64,000 nt of DNA from Minisyncoccota bacterium (GCA_036399335.1 DASWNF010000009.1:20625-84624), one strand, 5' to 3'; positions 27,468-37,800 are shown, counted from the stretch's first letter. The notes: generated from the sequence alone by a model not told the origin. Program-made: numbers and translations.

Positions 27468-28556
27468 ATGAAAAGTTTTAAGATGTCCACGGGTGACGAA
27501 CCTACTAATGACGGACAGGACGTAAAAGAGGTGCGCCTTGTAGACGAAAAAGATACGCAGACATTCAAGAAGGTGGCGAAATATGCCGGTATTGGTATAG
27601 CCATTCTTCTCGGCATCAAGTTTTGGTATATCGCGGTACCTGCTCTAGCCGTCTGGTACCTCTATAAGAGGGACACCAGGCTCTCTTCCAAGACAAGGAT
27701 GAGGCTCTCTGTCGGTATTACGGCCGTGTTCTTCATGCTCGGCGGTATCACGCTGTATTCAAACAGAGCCCCTTCACTCGTTATTGCCGAACCTGCCGAC
27801 GCAGCAGCAGTTCAATCGGAAAGAATTACCGTTGCAGGCGAGGTGTCTCCCAAGGACTCTACCGTTACGGTAAACGGTATTCCCGTAGAGGTCGACGACC
27901 ACGGCCACTTTTCGTATGACATACGACTGAAGAACGAGAATAATCCACTCACCATTGAAGCCGCTCACGGAAGCAAGAAAAGCTCCCAGACGCTTACGGT
28001 CGCAAGAATATTCACCGAGGAAGAGAAGGAGGCCGTCCGGGTTGCTGAGGTGGAGGCAGCTAAGGAAAATATCCGGAGAGAAATTGCCAGTCTCAATAAG
28101 CCATTCGACGGTAGCAACTTCCGCGGAAGCGTTGTTGCGATGCAGCTAGAGATCGCTCTTTTTGGGGCATACGCAAAAACTGTTGCCGATTACAAACAGC
28201 ATCCCGACCCGGAAGTTAAGGCTCTCGCCAATCAAATGGAAGCGAAGGTGGGGCAGCTGCAGGTGAGCGAGTTCCCAAAGCTCCGGAAGGCCTATGCGGA
28301 CCTAATAGCAAAAGAGATGTGGGAGAACGATATGGAGGTATCCGTGGCTGGTAGTGCAAACAAGACAATTGTCTTTACCGCCGCGATGTTTGCAAGCAAT
28401 AAGAACATTGCGGAAGCGCATGGAACACTCCAGGAAACACTCGGTCTCTTCAGGTTCACACGGGCTAACTATAAGTGGTATACGTACGACAGTGAATACA
28501 GCTTCTATAAGATAGACAGTCCTGCGGACAGCAAGGTGGTCCAGATTGGCCAGTAA
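27468..28556 (+). CDS. Membrane protein with Ig-like beta-sandwich domain
   Basis: N-terminal TMs; ITVAGEV...VTVNG...GHFSYDIRL..ENPLTIEA pattern. Confidence 0.7.
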   Translation: MKSFKMSTGDEPTNDGQDVKEVRLVDEKDTQTFKKVAKYAGIGIAILLGIKFWYIAVPALAVWYLYKRDTRLSSKTRMRLSVGITAVFFMLGGITLYSNRAPSLVIAEPADAAAVQSERITVAGEVSPKDSTVTVNGIPVEVDDHGHFSYDIRLKNENNPLTIEAAHGSKKSSQTLTVARIFTEEEKEAVRVAEVEAAKENIRREIASLNKPFDGSNFRGSVVAMQLEIALFGAYAKTVADYKQHPDPEVKALANQMEAKVGQLQVSEFPKLRKAYADLIAKEMWENDMEVSVAGSANKTIVFTAAMFASNKNIAEAHGTLQETLGLFRFTRANYKWYTYDSEYSFYKIDSPADSKVVQIGQ

Positions 28557-28645
28557 TTAATCGGGAGTTTAAGCCTGTGCGCCACAGGTAGCAAAAACCG
28601 TGGGGAGCTCGTCCCCACGGTTCATTTTTGTCCGGCCCTCCCTGG

Positions 28646-29254
28646 CTACTCGAACTTCTTCAGGAATTCGCCGTCCACCACGCTGCCGTAGAACTGCTGC
28701 GTGGCGCGGCAATAGTGCTGGACCGCGAGCTCGGACGAAGCGGCGAGTTCCATGCGGAAGTGTTCGTGTTCGCCCGACCTGATGGCCTCGAGCACGGCCT
28801 CGAATTGGTTGGGATTCGACACGACGATACGTCCGCTCTTTGCGGCCGCCCGCAGCAGGGTCGGGCCGCCGATGTCGATAGCCTCGATGACGGAACGGAG
28901 CGTGCAGTCATCCTTGTTCAGCTCTTCGAGAAGCGGATAGAAGTTCACATAGACGAGCGAGATGGGCTCGATGCCGAGGCGCTCGAGCTCGGCCATGTCG
29001 TCCGGGTTGTCGAGCCGCGCAAGGATCCCCGCGTGGATTTCCCGGCTCAGCGTGACCACGCGATGCCCCAGGATGGGCGCGCCCACGATGTCTGCCACAT
29101 CCCTTGAGGGGATGTCGTGCTTTTCGAGGAAGGTCTTTGTCCCCGACGAGGCCAGCAGCGACCAATCGAGGTCGATGAGGCCCTGGGCAAAGGCAACCAG
29201 GGAGGAATCCTTGGTTGATGCGCTCAGGAGCGCAATCTTGGTAGTGGTCTTCAC
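28646..29254 (-). CDS. Stand-alone IMP cyclohydrolase-like (PurH N-terminal, MGS-like) protein
   Basis: ALLSASTK, HRVVTL..IHAGILAR, VNFYP, IDIGGPTLLRAAAK; GTG start after AGGAG. Confidence 0.8.
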   Translation of the reverse strand: MKTTTKIALLSASTKDSSLVAFAQGLIDLDWSLLASSGTKTFLEKHDIPSRDVADIVGAPILGHRVVTLSREIHAGILARLDNPDDMAELERLGIEPISLVYVNFYPLLEELNKDDCTLRSVIEAIDIGGPTLLRAAAKSGRIVVSNPNQFEAVLEAIRSGEHEHFRMELAASSELAVQHYCRATQQFYGSVVDGEFLKKFE

Positions 29255-29329
29255 GGCACAACTCCTAGATGAAAGGGCAGGCTGTTTACCCGGTGCCACT
29301 GTATAGGAAGGAGCCCTAAGCGCAACTGG

Positions 29330-29641
29330 CTACACCCAGCCCGAAACGGTAAGGTCCACCGCTTCCTTTTTGAACATCACGCCCTCCTTGCTGAGGAGTT
29401 TCTTCTTCGTGCTCAGGCCATCGCCGTATGCATAGCCCGTGAGTTTGCCGCCGGCGCCTACCACGCGGTGGCAGGGAACGGCCTTCGTATCCTTATTGGT
29501 GCGCATGCACATGCCCACGGCGCGAGCGGCTCCGGGTACGCCTGCGCGTCTTGCGACTTCGCCATACGTGAGTACTTTGCCGGCAGGGATGGCGGCGACA
29601 ATCGCGTAGACCCGCTCACGAAAACTGGGGATGCTCTTCAT
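29330..29641 (-). CDS. Methylated-DNA-protein-cysteine methyltransferase (single domain)
   Basis: IPAGKVLTYG, ARAVG, PCHRVV active site. Confidence 0.9.
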   Translation of the reverse strand: MKSIPSFRERVYAIVAAIPAGKVLTYGEVARRAGVPGAARAVGMCMRTNKDTKAVPCHRVVGAGGKLTGYAYGDGLSTKKKLLSKEGVMFKKEAVDLTVSGWV

Positions 29642-29676
29642 GCATACAGGATACCAGACTGCTACAATGTTCCTAC

Positions 29677-30225
29677 ATGCACGAGCACTTCACCAGGAGA
29701 CCTCTTGTCCTTTACGGCGGCCTCGCCGCAGTGGTGCTGCTTGTCCTTGTTGCCGCTGCATTTCTCATGCGGGAAGACGTGTCCTATACGGAGCCGCCAG
29801 TGGCAACGAGCACCAGCCAGGTGGTTGCTACCTCAAGCCGACCCGCGCCTTCTGCGTCAGTGCCGGCTGAGGCGCCGAAGCCTTTCCGGTTCGAAGTGGT
29901 GACCTCAGTCGCCGCACAAGCTAAAGGCTTGGGCGGCCGTGCCGATATCCCAGCGGATTACGGCATGCTGTTTATATTTGAGGCTAAGGAACGCCGCGGG
30001 TTTTGGATGAAAGACATGTTGGCTCCCATAGATATCATCTGGATTTCCGACGAAAGCATCGTCGTGGGAGTTGAGGAGAACGTATCACCGGACTCCTATA
30101 AGAAGGCAAAGCCCGATGTCTTTTACCCGCCCGAAGCCGTGCGATATGTCCTTGAGACCCGGGCAGGGGAGGCGCGTCGGCTTGGTCTTGCGCCTGGGGT
30201 AAAACTCAACCTCCCGCTGCCGTAA
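29677..30225 (+). CDS. DUF192 family protein
   Basis: GMLFIF...FWMKDM..PIDIIW...YVLE. Confidence 0.88.
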   Translation: MHEHFTRRPLVLYGGLAAVVLLVLVAAAFLMREDVSYTEPPVATSTSQVVATSSRPAPSASVPAEAPKPFRFEVVTSVAAQAKGLGGRADIPADYGMLFIFEAKERRGFWMKDMLAPIDIIWISDESIVVGVEENVSPDSYKKAKPDVFYPPEAVRYVLETRAGEARRLGLAPGVKLNLPLP

Positions 30226-30382
30226 GCTTCCCCGTACTTGCCACGGGGGGTGGAGGGTGTCGCACTGCGCCTTGTCCCCAAGTCGAGCTCGGGCATGGCG
30301 CGGTAGAATAGACTTCACGTCGACTTCACTCCAACCCCGCCCGATTCTTCGACGCCAATTATTACCTCACCCTTAATGTCGT

Positions 30383-32743
30383 ATGCCCAAAACCGCGAAG
30401 TCTCCAGCCGCCAAGAAGGCCGCCCCTAGTGCCCCAGCCGTTATCGAAAGCAAGGAGACTAAGCGATATCGCGAACTCATTCCTAAGATTGAGAAGCGCG
30501 ATGGCCGTCTTACGACATTCAACTTTGAGAAGATTGTAGAAGCCACCCACAAGGCGATGCTCGCCGCAGACGAAGGTTCCCACGACGACGCTACCCTGGT
30601 CGCGCACCAAGTTGCCGGCAACCTCGCGCGCTTCGCGAAGAAGTACAAGAATTTCCTCCCAACCGTCGAGGGCATCCAGGACGATGTCGAGAAGCAGCTC
30701 ATGTTGAACGACTTCACGGCAACGGCGAAGGCGTACATCCTGTACCGCGACAAGAGGAACCAGATGCGTGCGGAGCAGGTGGAAATCCCGGACGAGGTAC
30801 GGGCGCTTGCTGCCGAGAGTAAGGCATATTTTAAAGACAACGCGCTCGGCGAATTCGTGTACCTGCGCAGCTACTCGAAGTGGGTACCGGGCGAAGGGCG
30901 CCGCGAGACGTGGATCGAGACCGTTGACCGCTACCTCGGCTTCATGCGCGAGAACCTCGGCACCAAGCTGACCGAAAAGGAATACACGGAAATCCGGACG
31001 GCCATCCTGAACCAGGAGATCGTCCCGTCGATGCGCCTCATGCAGTTCGCCGGCGAGGCCGTGCGTCGCTGCAACGTCGCCGCCTACAATTGCTCGTACA
31101 TCGCACCGTCGAAGGTGCGCGACTTCGCCGAGATCATGTACATCTCCATGTGCGGTACGGGCGTAGGCTATTCGGTCGAGAGCGCAAACGTGCAGGCGCT
31201 CCCACAGATCAGCTACCAGACCGGCGATAAGCTCGCGACCCACGTCGTTGAGGACTCGAAGGAAGGCTGGTGCGACGCGCTTACCCTCGGGCTTACCACC
31301 TGGTATGACGGCAACGACATCGACTTCGATTTCTCTAAGATCCGTCCTGCAGGCGCCCGCCTCAAGACCATGGGCGGCAAGGCCTCGGGCCCGGAGCCGC
31401 TCCGCAGCCTCCTCGCCTTCGCGCGTGAACGCTTGCTCGCACGCCAGGGCCGCCGTCTCCGCAACATCGACGCGCACGACATCATCTGCAAGATCGGGGA
31501 ATGCGTCGTTGCCGGCGGCGTACGCCGTAGCGCCATGATTTCGCTTTCCGACCTCGACGACGAGCAGGTGCGTGACGCAAAGAAGGGCCAGTTCTGGATG
31601 ACCGACGCCCATCGCTCAATCGCAAACAACTCCGCCGTTTACCACGAGAAACCGACGAACGAAGAGTTCATGGACGAGTGGGTTGCGCTCATGAAGAGCA
31701 AGACGGGCGAGCGCGGCATCTTTAACCGCGGCGGCCTCATGACCCAGCTCCCAGAACGCCGCATCAACTTCTGGAAGGAGAGCGGCTACGTACGCAACGA
31801 CAAGGTCGTCGGTCCTGCCGGCACGAACCCGTGCGGCGAGATCATCCTCAAGTCGAAGCAGTTCTGTAACCTCACCGAAGTCATCGCCCGTGCCGAAGAT
31901 ACGAAGGAGACCCTCGTACGCAAGGCCCGCCTCGCGACCATCCTCGGCACCTACCAGTCGACGCTCGTGAAGCTCGGCTACCTCTCCGAAGAGTGGACGA
32001 AGAACTGCAAGGAAGAGCGCCTTCTCGGCGTTTCCATTACCGGGCAGTGGGACTCAAAGGTCGTACGCACCGACGAAGCGCTCCGTGCCATGCGCAAAGA
32101 GACGATCAAGACGAACCAGAAGTATGCCGAACGGTTCGGCGTGCCGGCATCAACGGCCATCACCTGCGTAAAGCCTTCCGGAACCACGTCGCAGACCATG
32201 GGCGTCTCAAGCGGCATGCATCCGCGTCACGCGCCATACTACGTGCGCCGTATCCGCATCAGCGCAACGGACTCCTTGTTCAAGCTTATGCGCGACGCCG
32301 GCGTGCCGTACTACCCGGAAGTGGGGCAGGCGATAGACAGCGCCAATACGTACGTACTCGAGTTCCCGGTGAAGGCTCCGCAAGGCGCCATCTGCAAGGA
32401 CGACCTTACGGCACTCGACCAGCTCGAGCACTGGAAGCTCGTGAAGGAAAGCTACACCGAGCACAACCCGTCCGTGACCATCTCCATCGGTGACGACGAG
32501 TGGATTGAGGTCGCTAACTGGGTGTATGAGAACTGGGAGAAGGTGGGCGGCCTTTCCTTCCTTCCGCGCGAGAACCACGCCTACCGCCTCGCGCCGTACG
32601 AAGCAATCTCGAAGGATGAGTACGAGGAGCGCATGAAGAGCTTCCCGACGGTGGATTACGCCAAGCTCATGCTCTACGAGCGCCAGGACGAGACGGAGCT
32701 TAAGAAGGAGCTGGCCTGCGTTTCAGGCGTCTGCGAAATCTAA
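30383..32743 (+). CDS. nrdJ: Class II (adenosylcobalamin-dependent) ribonucleotide reductase with ATP cone
   Basis: IEKRDGR ATP cone, YNCS, VAGGVRRSA, TNPCGEI, CVKPSGT, C-terminal CVSGVCEI. Confidence 0.93.
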   Translation: MPKTAKSPAAKKAAPSAPAVIESKETKRYRELIPKIEKRDGRLTTFNFEKIVEATHKAMLAADEGSHDDATLVAHQVAGNLARFAKKYKNFLPTVEGIQDDVEKQLMLNDFTATAKAYILYRDKRNQMRAEQVEIPDEVRALAAESKAYFKDNALGEFVYLRSYSKWVPGEGRRETWIETVDRYLGFMRENLGTKLTEKEYTEIRTAILNQEIVPSMRLMQFAGEAVRRCNVAAYNCSYIAPSKVRDFAEIMYISMCGTGVGYSVESANVQALPQISYQTGDKLATHVVEDSKEGWCDALTLGLTTWYDGNDIDFDFSKIRPAGARLKTMGGKASGPEPLRSLLAFARERLLARQGRRLRNIDAHDIICKIGECVVAGGVRRSAMISLSDLDDEQVRDAKKGQFWMTDAHRSIANNSAVYHEKPTNEEFMDEWVALMKSKTGERGIFNRGGLMTQLPERRINFWKESGYVRNDKVVGPAGTNPCGEIILKSKQFCNLTEVIARAEDTKETLVRKARLATILGTYQSTLVKLGYLSEEWTKNCKEERLLGVSITGQWDSKVVRTDEALRAMRKETIKTNQKYAERFGVPASTAITCVKPSGTTSQTMGVSSGMHPRHAPYYVRRIRISATDSLFKLMRDAGVPYYPEVGQAIDSANTYVLEFPVKAPQGAICKDDLTALDQLEHWKLVKESYTEHNPSVTISIGDDEWIEVANWVYENWEKVGGLSFLPRENHAYRLAPYEAISKDEYEERMKSFPTVDYAKLMLYERQDETELKKELACVSGVCEI

Positions 32744-32766
32744 TTCGCTTTAAGAAAAAGGTAATA

Positions 32767-32796
32767 GCAAAGACCCGCCGTTAGGCGGGTCTTTGC
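32767..32796. terminator. Terminator between nrdJ and rnpB
   Basis: GCAAAGACCCGCC-GTTA-GGCGGGTCTTTGC. Confidence 0.8.
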
Positions 32797-32805
32797 ATAT
32801 ATTGT

Positions 32806-33136
32806 GGACCGGCCCGATAAGCCGAATTCTGTCCGGGGCCGAAGCCCCTAGGACGGTCATCTATCTGGGATGGCTGTTACCAGCCACCTCGAGCGGCGCT
32901 CCAGGTCAAGCCTGGCTCGGCCTTGCACCGGGGTAAGGATTTAGCCGTTTCAGCCCGGGATCGCTCCGGGGACGCTCTCAGGGAGAGCACCTATCCTTTC
33001 GGAATCGGTCGTTTCTGTTCGCACCTCGTAGTTCGCACTAGGCGGGCGTTACCCGCTACCTTGCTGCGCTCTTCCGAGCGCCGGTGTTCGGACTTTCCTC
33101 TAGGGCCGGAGCCCCAGCGACCGTCTAGACCGGTCC
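32806..33136 (-). ncRNA. rnpB: RNase P RNA
   Basis: Minus strand GAGGAAAGTCC...GGTAAC...ACAGAATTCGGCTTA; termini GGACCGG/CCGGTCC pair (P1). Confidence 0.95.
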
Positions 33137-33172
33137 GGCAGCAATATACCACGCGTATCCATACTAACCATG

Positions 33173-33197
33173 GTTCGAAACTAGTCTGCCCAGCGAT
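33173..33197 (+). repeat. Cassette-boundary repeat, array-start variant (copy 7)
   Basis: GTTCGAAACTAGTCTGCCCAGCGAT, matches 454-478. Confidence 0.75.
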
Positions 33198-33276
33198 GAT
33201 AAAGAAAAGCCGTCGCTTGTAAGTGCCCATAAGGCGACTTAGAAGCGACGACTTGAGTCTGCTTGCCTAGTTCAGG

Positions 33277-33762
33277 CTAGGCTTCCGGGAAACCGAGGCG
33301 GAGAAACCCATCGGGGTCGTAGACGCCGCCGTTCAGGTGGAAGCTCACGGCACCCTGTACAGAACTGACGTTCTTGATTCTCAGCTCGGCGAGCGCCTTA
33401 GCCAACGAATCCATGTAGCCGTGAAAGGCATAGAGTTGAGCAGGCTTGATAGCCTGGATGGACAGTCGGAACTTAACCGTATGCGCTCCCCATTTGTGGT
33501 CGAAAGCTATGTCAGGCCCAAGAACGCTCGGCTCTTTCCATTCTTCACCCCGCGTAGCATCGCGCCACGGATGCGCTTCGCTAAAGTTCAGGAGCGCTAC
33601 CCGCAAGTCGCTCACGAGGGAATGCCTGGGGTAATAGCGAGAGGTAATGAAGCTGATGCTGCCCTCGCAACTGTGGCGTGTTTGACGCCAGTTTTCACGG
33701 GTCTCCATAGGAGGACCTCCTCTATCGGGCGGAACTACCCGAGACAAATGGTACTCGTCCAA
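33277..33762 (-). CDS. Hypothetical protein (cassette gene)
   Basis: 161-aa ORF between repeat copies 7 and 8; start uncertain. Confidence 0.55.
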   Translation of the reverse strand: MDEYHLSRVVPPDRGGPPMETRENWRQTRHSCEGSISFITSRYYPRHSLVSDLRVALLNFSEAHPWRDATRGEEWKEPSVLGPDIAFDHKWGAHTVKFRLSIQAIKPAQLYAFHGYMDSLAKALAELRIKNVSSVQGAVSFHLNGGVYDPDGFLRLGFPEA

Positions 33763-33776
33763 ATAAGGATGTCAAA

Positions 33777-33804
33777 GTTCCAGCATCGTCCCAGAGCCCA
33801 GCAA
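33777..33804 (+). repeat. Cassette-boundary repeat copy 8
   Basis: GTTCCAGCATCGTCCCAGAGCCCAGCAA. Confidence 0.9.
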
Positions 33805-33820
33805 GTGCTAGCATAAGAAC

Positions 33821-34345
33821 ATGAATAAATACGTGATACTTGTCGTTTTGTGTGCGGCACTCTTAGGCGTATTCCTTTTAAACAAAAACTGGTCAGGAAA
33901 CGACACGACTAATTACGAAGGGGCGCCAGCCTCCTCAAGCGTTATGAGCGTGATTGACTTAAAGCCAGGAGATATTTCTGGAGGTATGCGTGTAGTTTCC
34001 ATTGAGCCATATAACAAGGAGTTCGGGCCGTTGGCATCAAACAATGCTAAGGCGGAGTTCTCTGGGACTGCGGTAATTGAAGGAGAGTACAACTATTATT
34101 TTAGTGAGCTTGGCGGTGACTGGTGGCTCAGTTTTTCCGCCTCAAGCACGAGTAGTGGGCTTCCGGCGGTCGAAGAAAGATCCCCAGGTTTTAGCGTGAT
34201 CAACCAGGAGGAAGCACTGCGCCTTCTTAAAATCACACCGCAAATAGCTGCAAAGGGTGCGGCTCGCGTTACGGTGCAAAATTACACGTTAGAAAGCTAT
34301 CCATCAGAGGTAAGTGATAAATCAACAATTATTTCCGTAGAGTAA
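33821..34345 (+). CDS. Exported or membrane-anchored hypothetical protein (cassette gene)
   Basis: MNKYVILVVLCAALLGVFLL N-terminal anchor; AT-rich. Confidence 0.75.
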   Translation: MNKYVILVVLCAALLGVFLLNKNWSGNDTTNYEGAPASSSVMSVIDLKPGDISGGMRVVSIEPYNKEFGPLASNNAKAEFSGTAVIEGEYNYYFSELGGDWWLSFSASSTSSGLPAVEERSPGFSVINQEEALRLLKITPQIAAKGAARVTVQNYTLESYPSEVSDKSTIISVE

Positions 34346-34367
34346 TCTTGCCGTTCTTAGGGCAGCG

Positions 34368-34397
34368 GTTCCAACATCGTCCCACACTCTCAACAAT
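34368..34397 (+). repeat. Cassette-boundary repeat copy 9
   Basis: GTTCCAACATCGTCCCACACTCTCAACAAT. Confidence 0.85.
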
Positions 34398-34431
34398 AAC
34401 GGCCGCAGACTAGCTGCGGCCGCGTTCCATC

Positions 34432-34698
34432 TCAGGCTGGCTTCTGTCCCAGAATCGAAATATTCACTTCTTCAAACCAGCGCTGCTCGAGGAACTCATT
34501 AGGGAGTGGATCCTTCTCGCGCTGCTCCTGCTCACCATGGGCGCGAGCTTTCTCCATCCACGCCTCAGAAATGGCGTCATGGTTTGCCGGGATAGCCGTC
34601 TGTGTGAGAAATGTAGCGAGTCTCCTTAGTCCTTCTTTATCCGTAGGTTTGGTCTCGCTGATAAGATTGAGGACCGACTCATGAAAGGGCATTAGCAT
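34432..34698 (-). CDS. Hypothetical protein (cassette gene)
   Basis: MLMPFHESVL...; AAGGAG RBS; hairpin 34400-34422 downstream. Confidence 0.7.
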   Translation of the reverse strand: MLMPFHESVLNLISETKPTDKEGLRRLATFLTQTAIPANHDAISEAWMEKARAHGEQEQREKDPLPNEFLEQRWFEEVNISILGQKPA

Positions 34699-34748
34699 GG
34701 TGCTTCTCCTTAGCCTCCACACTATCTAACCCCAACATACTTAAAGAA

Positions 34749-34773
34749 GTTCCAACGCTGTCCTACTGCCAAT
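34749..34773 (+). repeat. Cassette-boundary repeat copy 10 (degenerate)
   Basis: GTTCCAACGCTGTCCTACTGCCAAT. Confidence 0.6.
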
Positions 34774-34855
34774 TATTTCCTATTAGACCGTACACCCGAG
34801 ACGCGTAGTTCAAGAGGATTTATTAATCCTACAAAAGAGCTATATACTGCTGAGT

Positions 34856-37800
34856 ATGGAACTTACCCGCACCTTTGGTGGGTTAAGTAAGAACGACGCC
34901 CCAATCGCCGGCGGGAAAGGTGCGTCCCTTGGCGAAATGACCCAGGCGGGTATTCCGGTGCCTCCCGGATACGTTATTCTCTCTTCCGCCTTCGAGCGCT
35001 TTCTTGAGGAGGCAGACCTCATCCAGGAAGTGGAGGCAATTCTCGGACAAGTAGACCATAACGAGGTCCACACCATAGAACGTGCTTCCGAAGAGATCCA
35101 AGGCCTCATCTTGAACGCGAAGATGCCTGAGAATATCGAAACCGATGTTATGAAACTCTTCAGGGAACTCGATACTGAGTACGTTGCGGTGCGCTCATCC
35201 GCGACTGCTGAGGACGGGGCTGAGCACGCATGGGCAGGACAACTCGACAGTTATCTCAATACGACCGAGGAGGCACTCCTAAAGAACGTACAGCGCTGCT
35301 GGGCGTCTCTCTTCACCCCTCGTGCCATCTTCTATCGTTTCGAAAAGGGCTTGCATACGACCAGCATTTCAGTCGCCGTTGTGGTACAGAAAATGGTCGA
35401 CTCTGAAATCTCAGGGATCGCTTTCTCAGTGCATCCAATCACTGAAGACCGGAACCAGCTCATTATCGAATCGGGCTTCGGTCTCGGTGAAGCTATTGTT
35501 TCCGGCCAAGTGACCCCTGACAGCTACGTGGTCGAGAAGCAGCCACGGAAGCTTATCGATAAGAATATTTCGGCCCAAACCCGCGGCATTTACCGTGCTG
35601 AAGAAGGAGGGAATGAGTGGCGAGATATTCCTGAACCAAAAGCTTCCTCTCAGGTGCTCTCCGATGAGCAAATCCTTGAGCTCTCAGAGCTCGTCATACG
35701 AATCGAGACCCACTACGGCTTCCCATGCGATATTGAGTGGGCGTACGAGAAGGGAAGTTTCTATATAACCCAGAGCAGGCCAATTACGACCCTCTCGTCA
35801 TTAACGAATGAGAATAGGCGACCGCTGTATAGGGTAAATGTTGCACGCGATATTTGCCTCGCTACGTTTGAGGTGTGGGCAGAGAGTGATACCAAGTACC
35901 TCAACGACTGGATAGGAGTTACTACTGAGCGGCTAGTCTTGGAAAGAAAGGAAGGAGTGATTACCGCCTATGAGGACGAGCAGATATTCAAGGATGTTAC
36001 TGAACGGCTCACGTATCTCCTGAAGGACCCAGAGTGGTTCAACACCGCAATTGAGAAATATCGGGCGGGAATCAAACGCGCAGAAGAGCTAAAGGGAGTC
36101 CTTCGAGAGAGCCCTTCTAAGGAGAATTTACGAAGGTTGTTTGAGCAACTTGCTCGTACTCAGGGCGGCCTAGCCGTTGTGTATTTTGTCCCTTCAGTCG
36201 CGGGTATACCTGAGGAGATAAAGGAACGAGCGCTTGATGAGCGTAAGAATACAGAAGCGTTTTTCTATAGCTCTGACGAGGTGCTTAGCGAAGCAATTAA
36301 GACCCTATACCCTGACCAAGCTGAGTATGCGCAAATTCTAAGCATCGAGGAACTTACAACAAATCTTCCTTATGTAAGCGAACTGCAGAAACGACTTAAT
36401 CATTTCATCTATTACGATAAGAAGTTCTTCTATGATCAAGGCCTGGAAGTTGTAGAAAATGAATTAGGTATTCAGATTGAAAGGCCTACGCCTACAAGTA
36501 ACACATATCAGAAGCATCAGCGTGACTACACGCTGCTAGGAACCTCCGTCGTGTTCTCAGGGTACTGCGGTAAAGTTACTCAGGATTACTTCTCCTTCTC
36601 CCCGCAGCCGATGTTCATTTATATAAATAATGGTATTTTGTACCACTTTACCTCTGAGGGGGACTCGGCTGGCCGCGCAAAATCATGGGTGCATAAATAT
36701 GGGTCGGCCAAGGAGCTAGACGCGCACAAGAAGGTGCACGACACTCTCCTAAAGGACTATCGCGCCTTTATGGCGAGGGAAGGTCATAGTGGACGCGAGA
36801 GCCTCCCCATATTGCACAAATATTTTACTAACCTACTTCCTCTAATTCTCGTTGCGATTGAAGTCCCAGAGCATGAGGCGGCAATAGACAAGGAAATTAT
36901 TGACGCGTGTTTTAAGATTCGTTCGGAAAACGAGGACGTGTATAAAGTGGGCTTTGACTTCCAAAAGAAGCTACTTAACCAGCTGGAGACAGAAGACGGG
37001 CTTGCGGAAAACGTCCTCTCGCTTACTACGGTAAACGAGTTTGACAGGTATCTTTCCACAGGCGCATTGCCGACTGATCTAGTAAACAGGAATGCATTTG
37101 CTCTTATAGAGCACGGTACTGGAGGCATTATCGTCCATAAAGATGAATCAAAACTTACTGAGTTAGATCGCCAGGCTACGGTTACTGACACCAGCGAGTT
37201 GAAAGGCAATACTGCGTATGGTGGGAGGGCTACGGGAAGAGTGCGCATTATTAAGCTGGTTAAAGACATGGACCAGCTTCAAGAAGGCGAGGTTCTTGTG
37301 GCATCAATGACGGATCCAAGATACGTTCCAGCGATGAAAAAAGCCGCAGCAATCGTTACCGATGAGGGTGGAGTAACGAGCCACGCGGCGATAGTCGCGA
37401 GAGAGCTGAAGAAGCCCTGCATTATTGGTACCAAAGTTGCCACCCAAGTATTAAGAAATGGAGACGACGTTGATGTGGACGCGGACTCTGGAGTAATCCG
37501 CATAGTGAAGCGAGCGCCATTGTTCAAAAAAGAGGATTACGTACTTTCATTTTGGGCGCAGGGAGTGAGTATTTTTGTTACGGATATTCATTTTGATGCT
37601 TACAAACACCTAGGCATTCTCTTCATAATTGAAGATGGAAAATTCAAACAGTACTTCCTAAAGGAAAAATACGAGGAAGCCCTTGATGAAGGAGTCAAGT
37701 TTTACAGTCAGGAGCATGCGGTCCTGGAGTACAAGGAGGCGCTTGAGGCGCATTGCAATAACCTGGCTCAATTCTTTGAGACTCAAATTAAGGGGAAGGA

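Noticed and set aside
27468-28556. Second DGR target
   Set aside because: No similarity to TR found in this gene or elsewhere in the window by eye
24165-28620. Integrative element or prophage inserted at tRNA-Ser
   Set aside because: No integrase and no duplicated tRNA 3' end found downstream; only adjacency supports it
32923-33230. ORFs of 99 and 79 aa
   Set aside because: Overlap RNase P RNA
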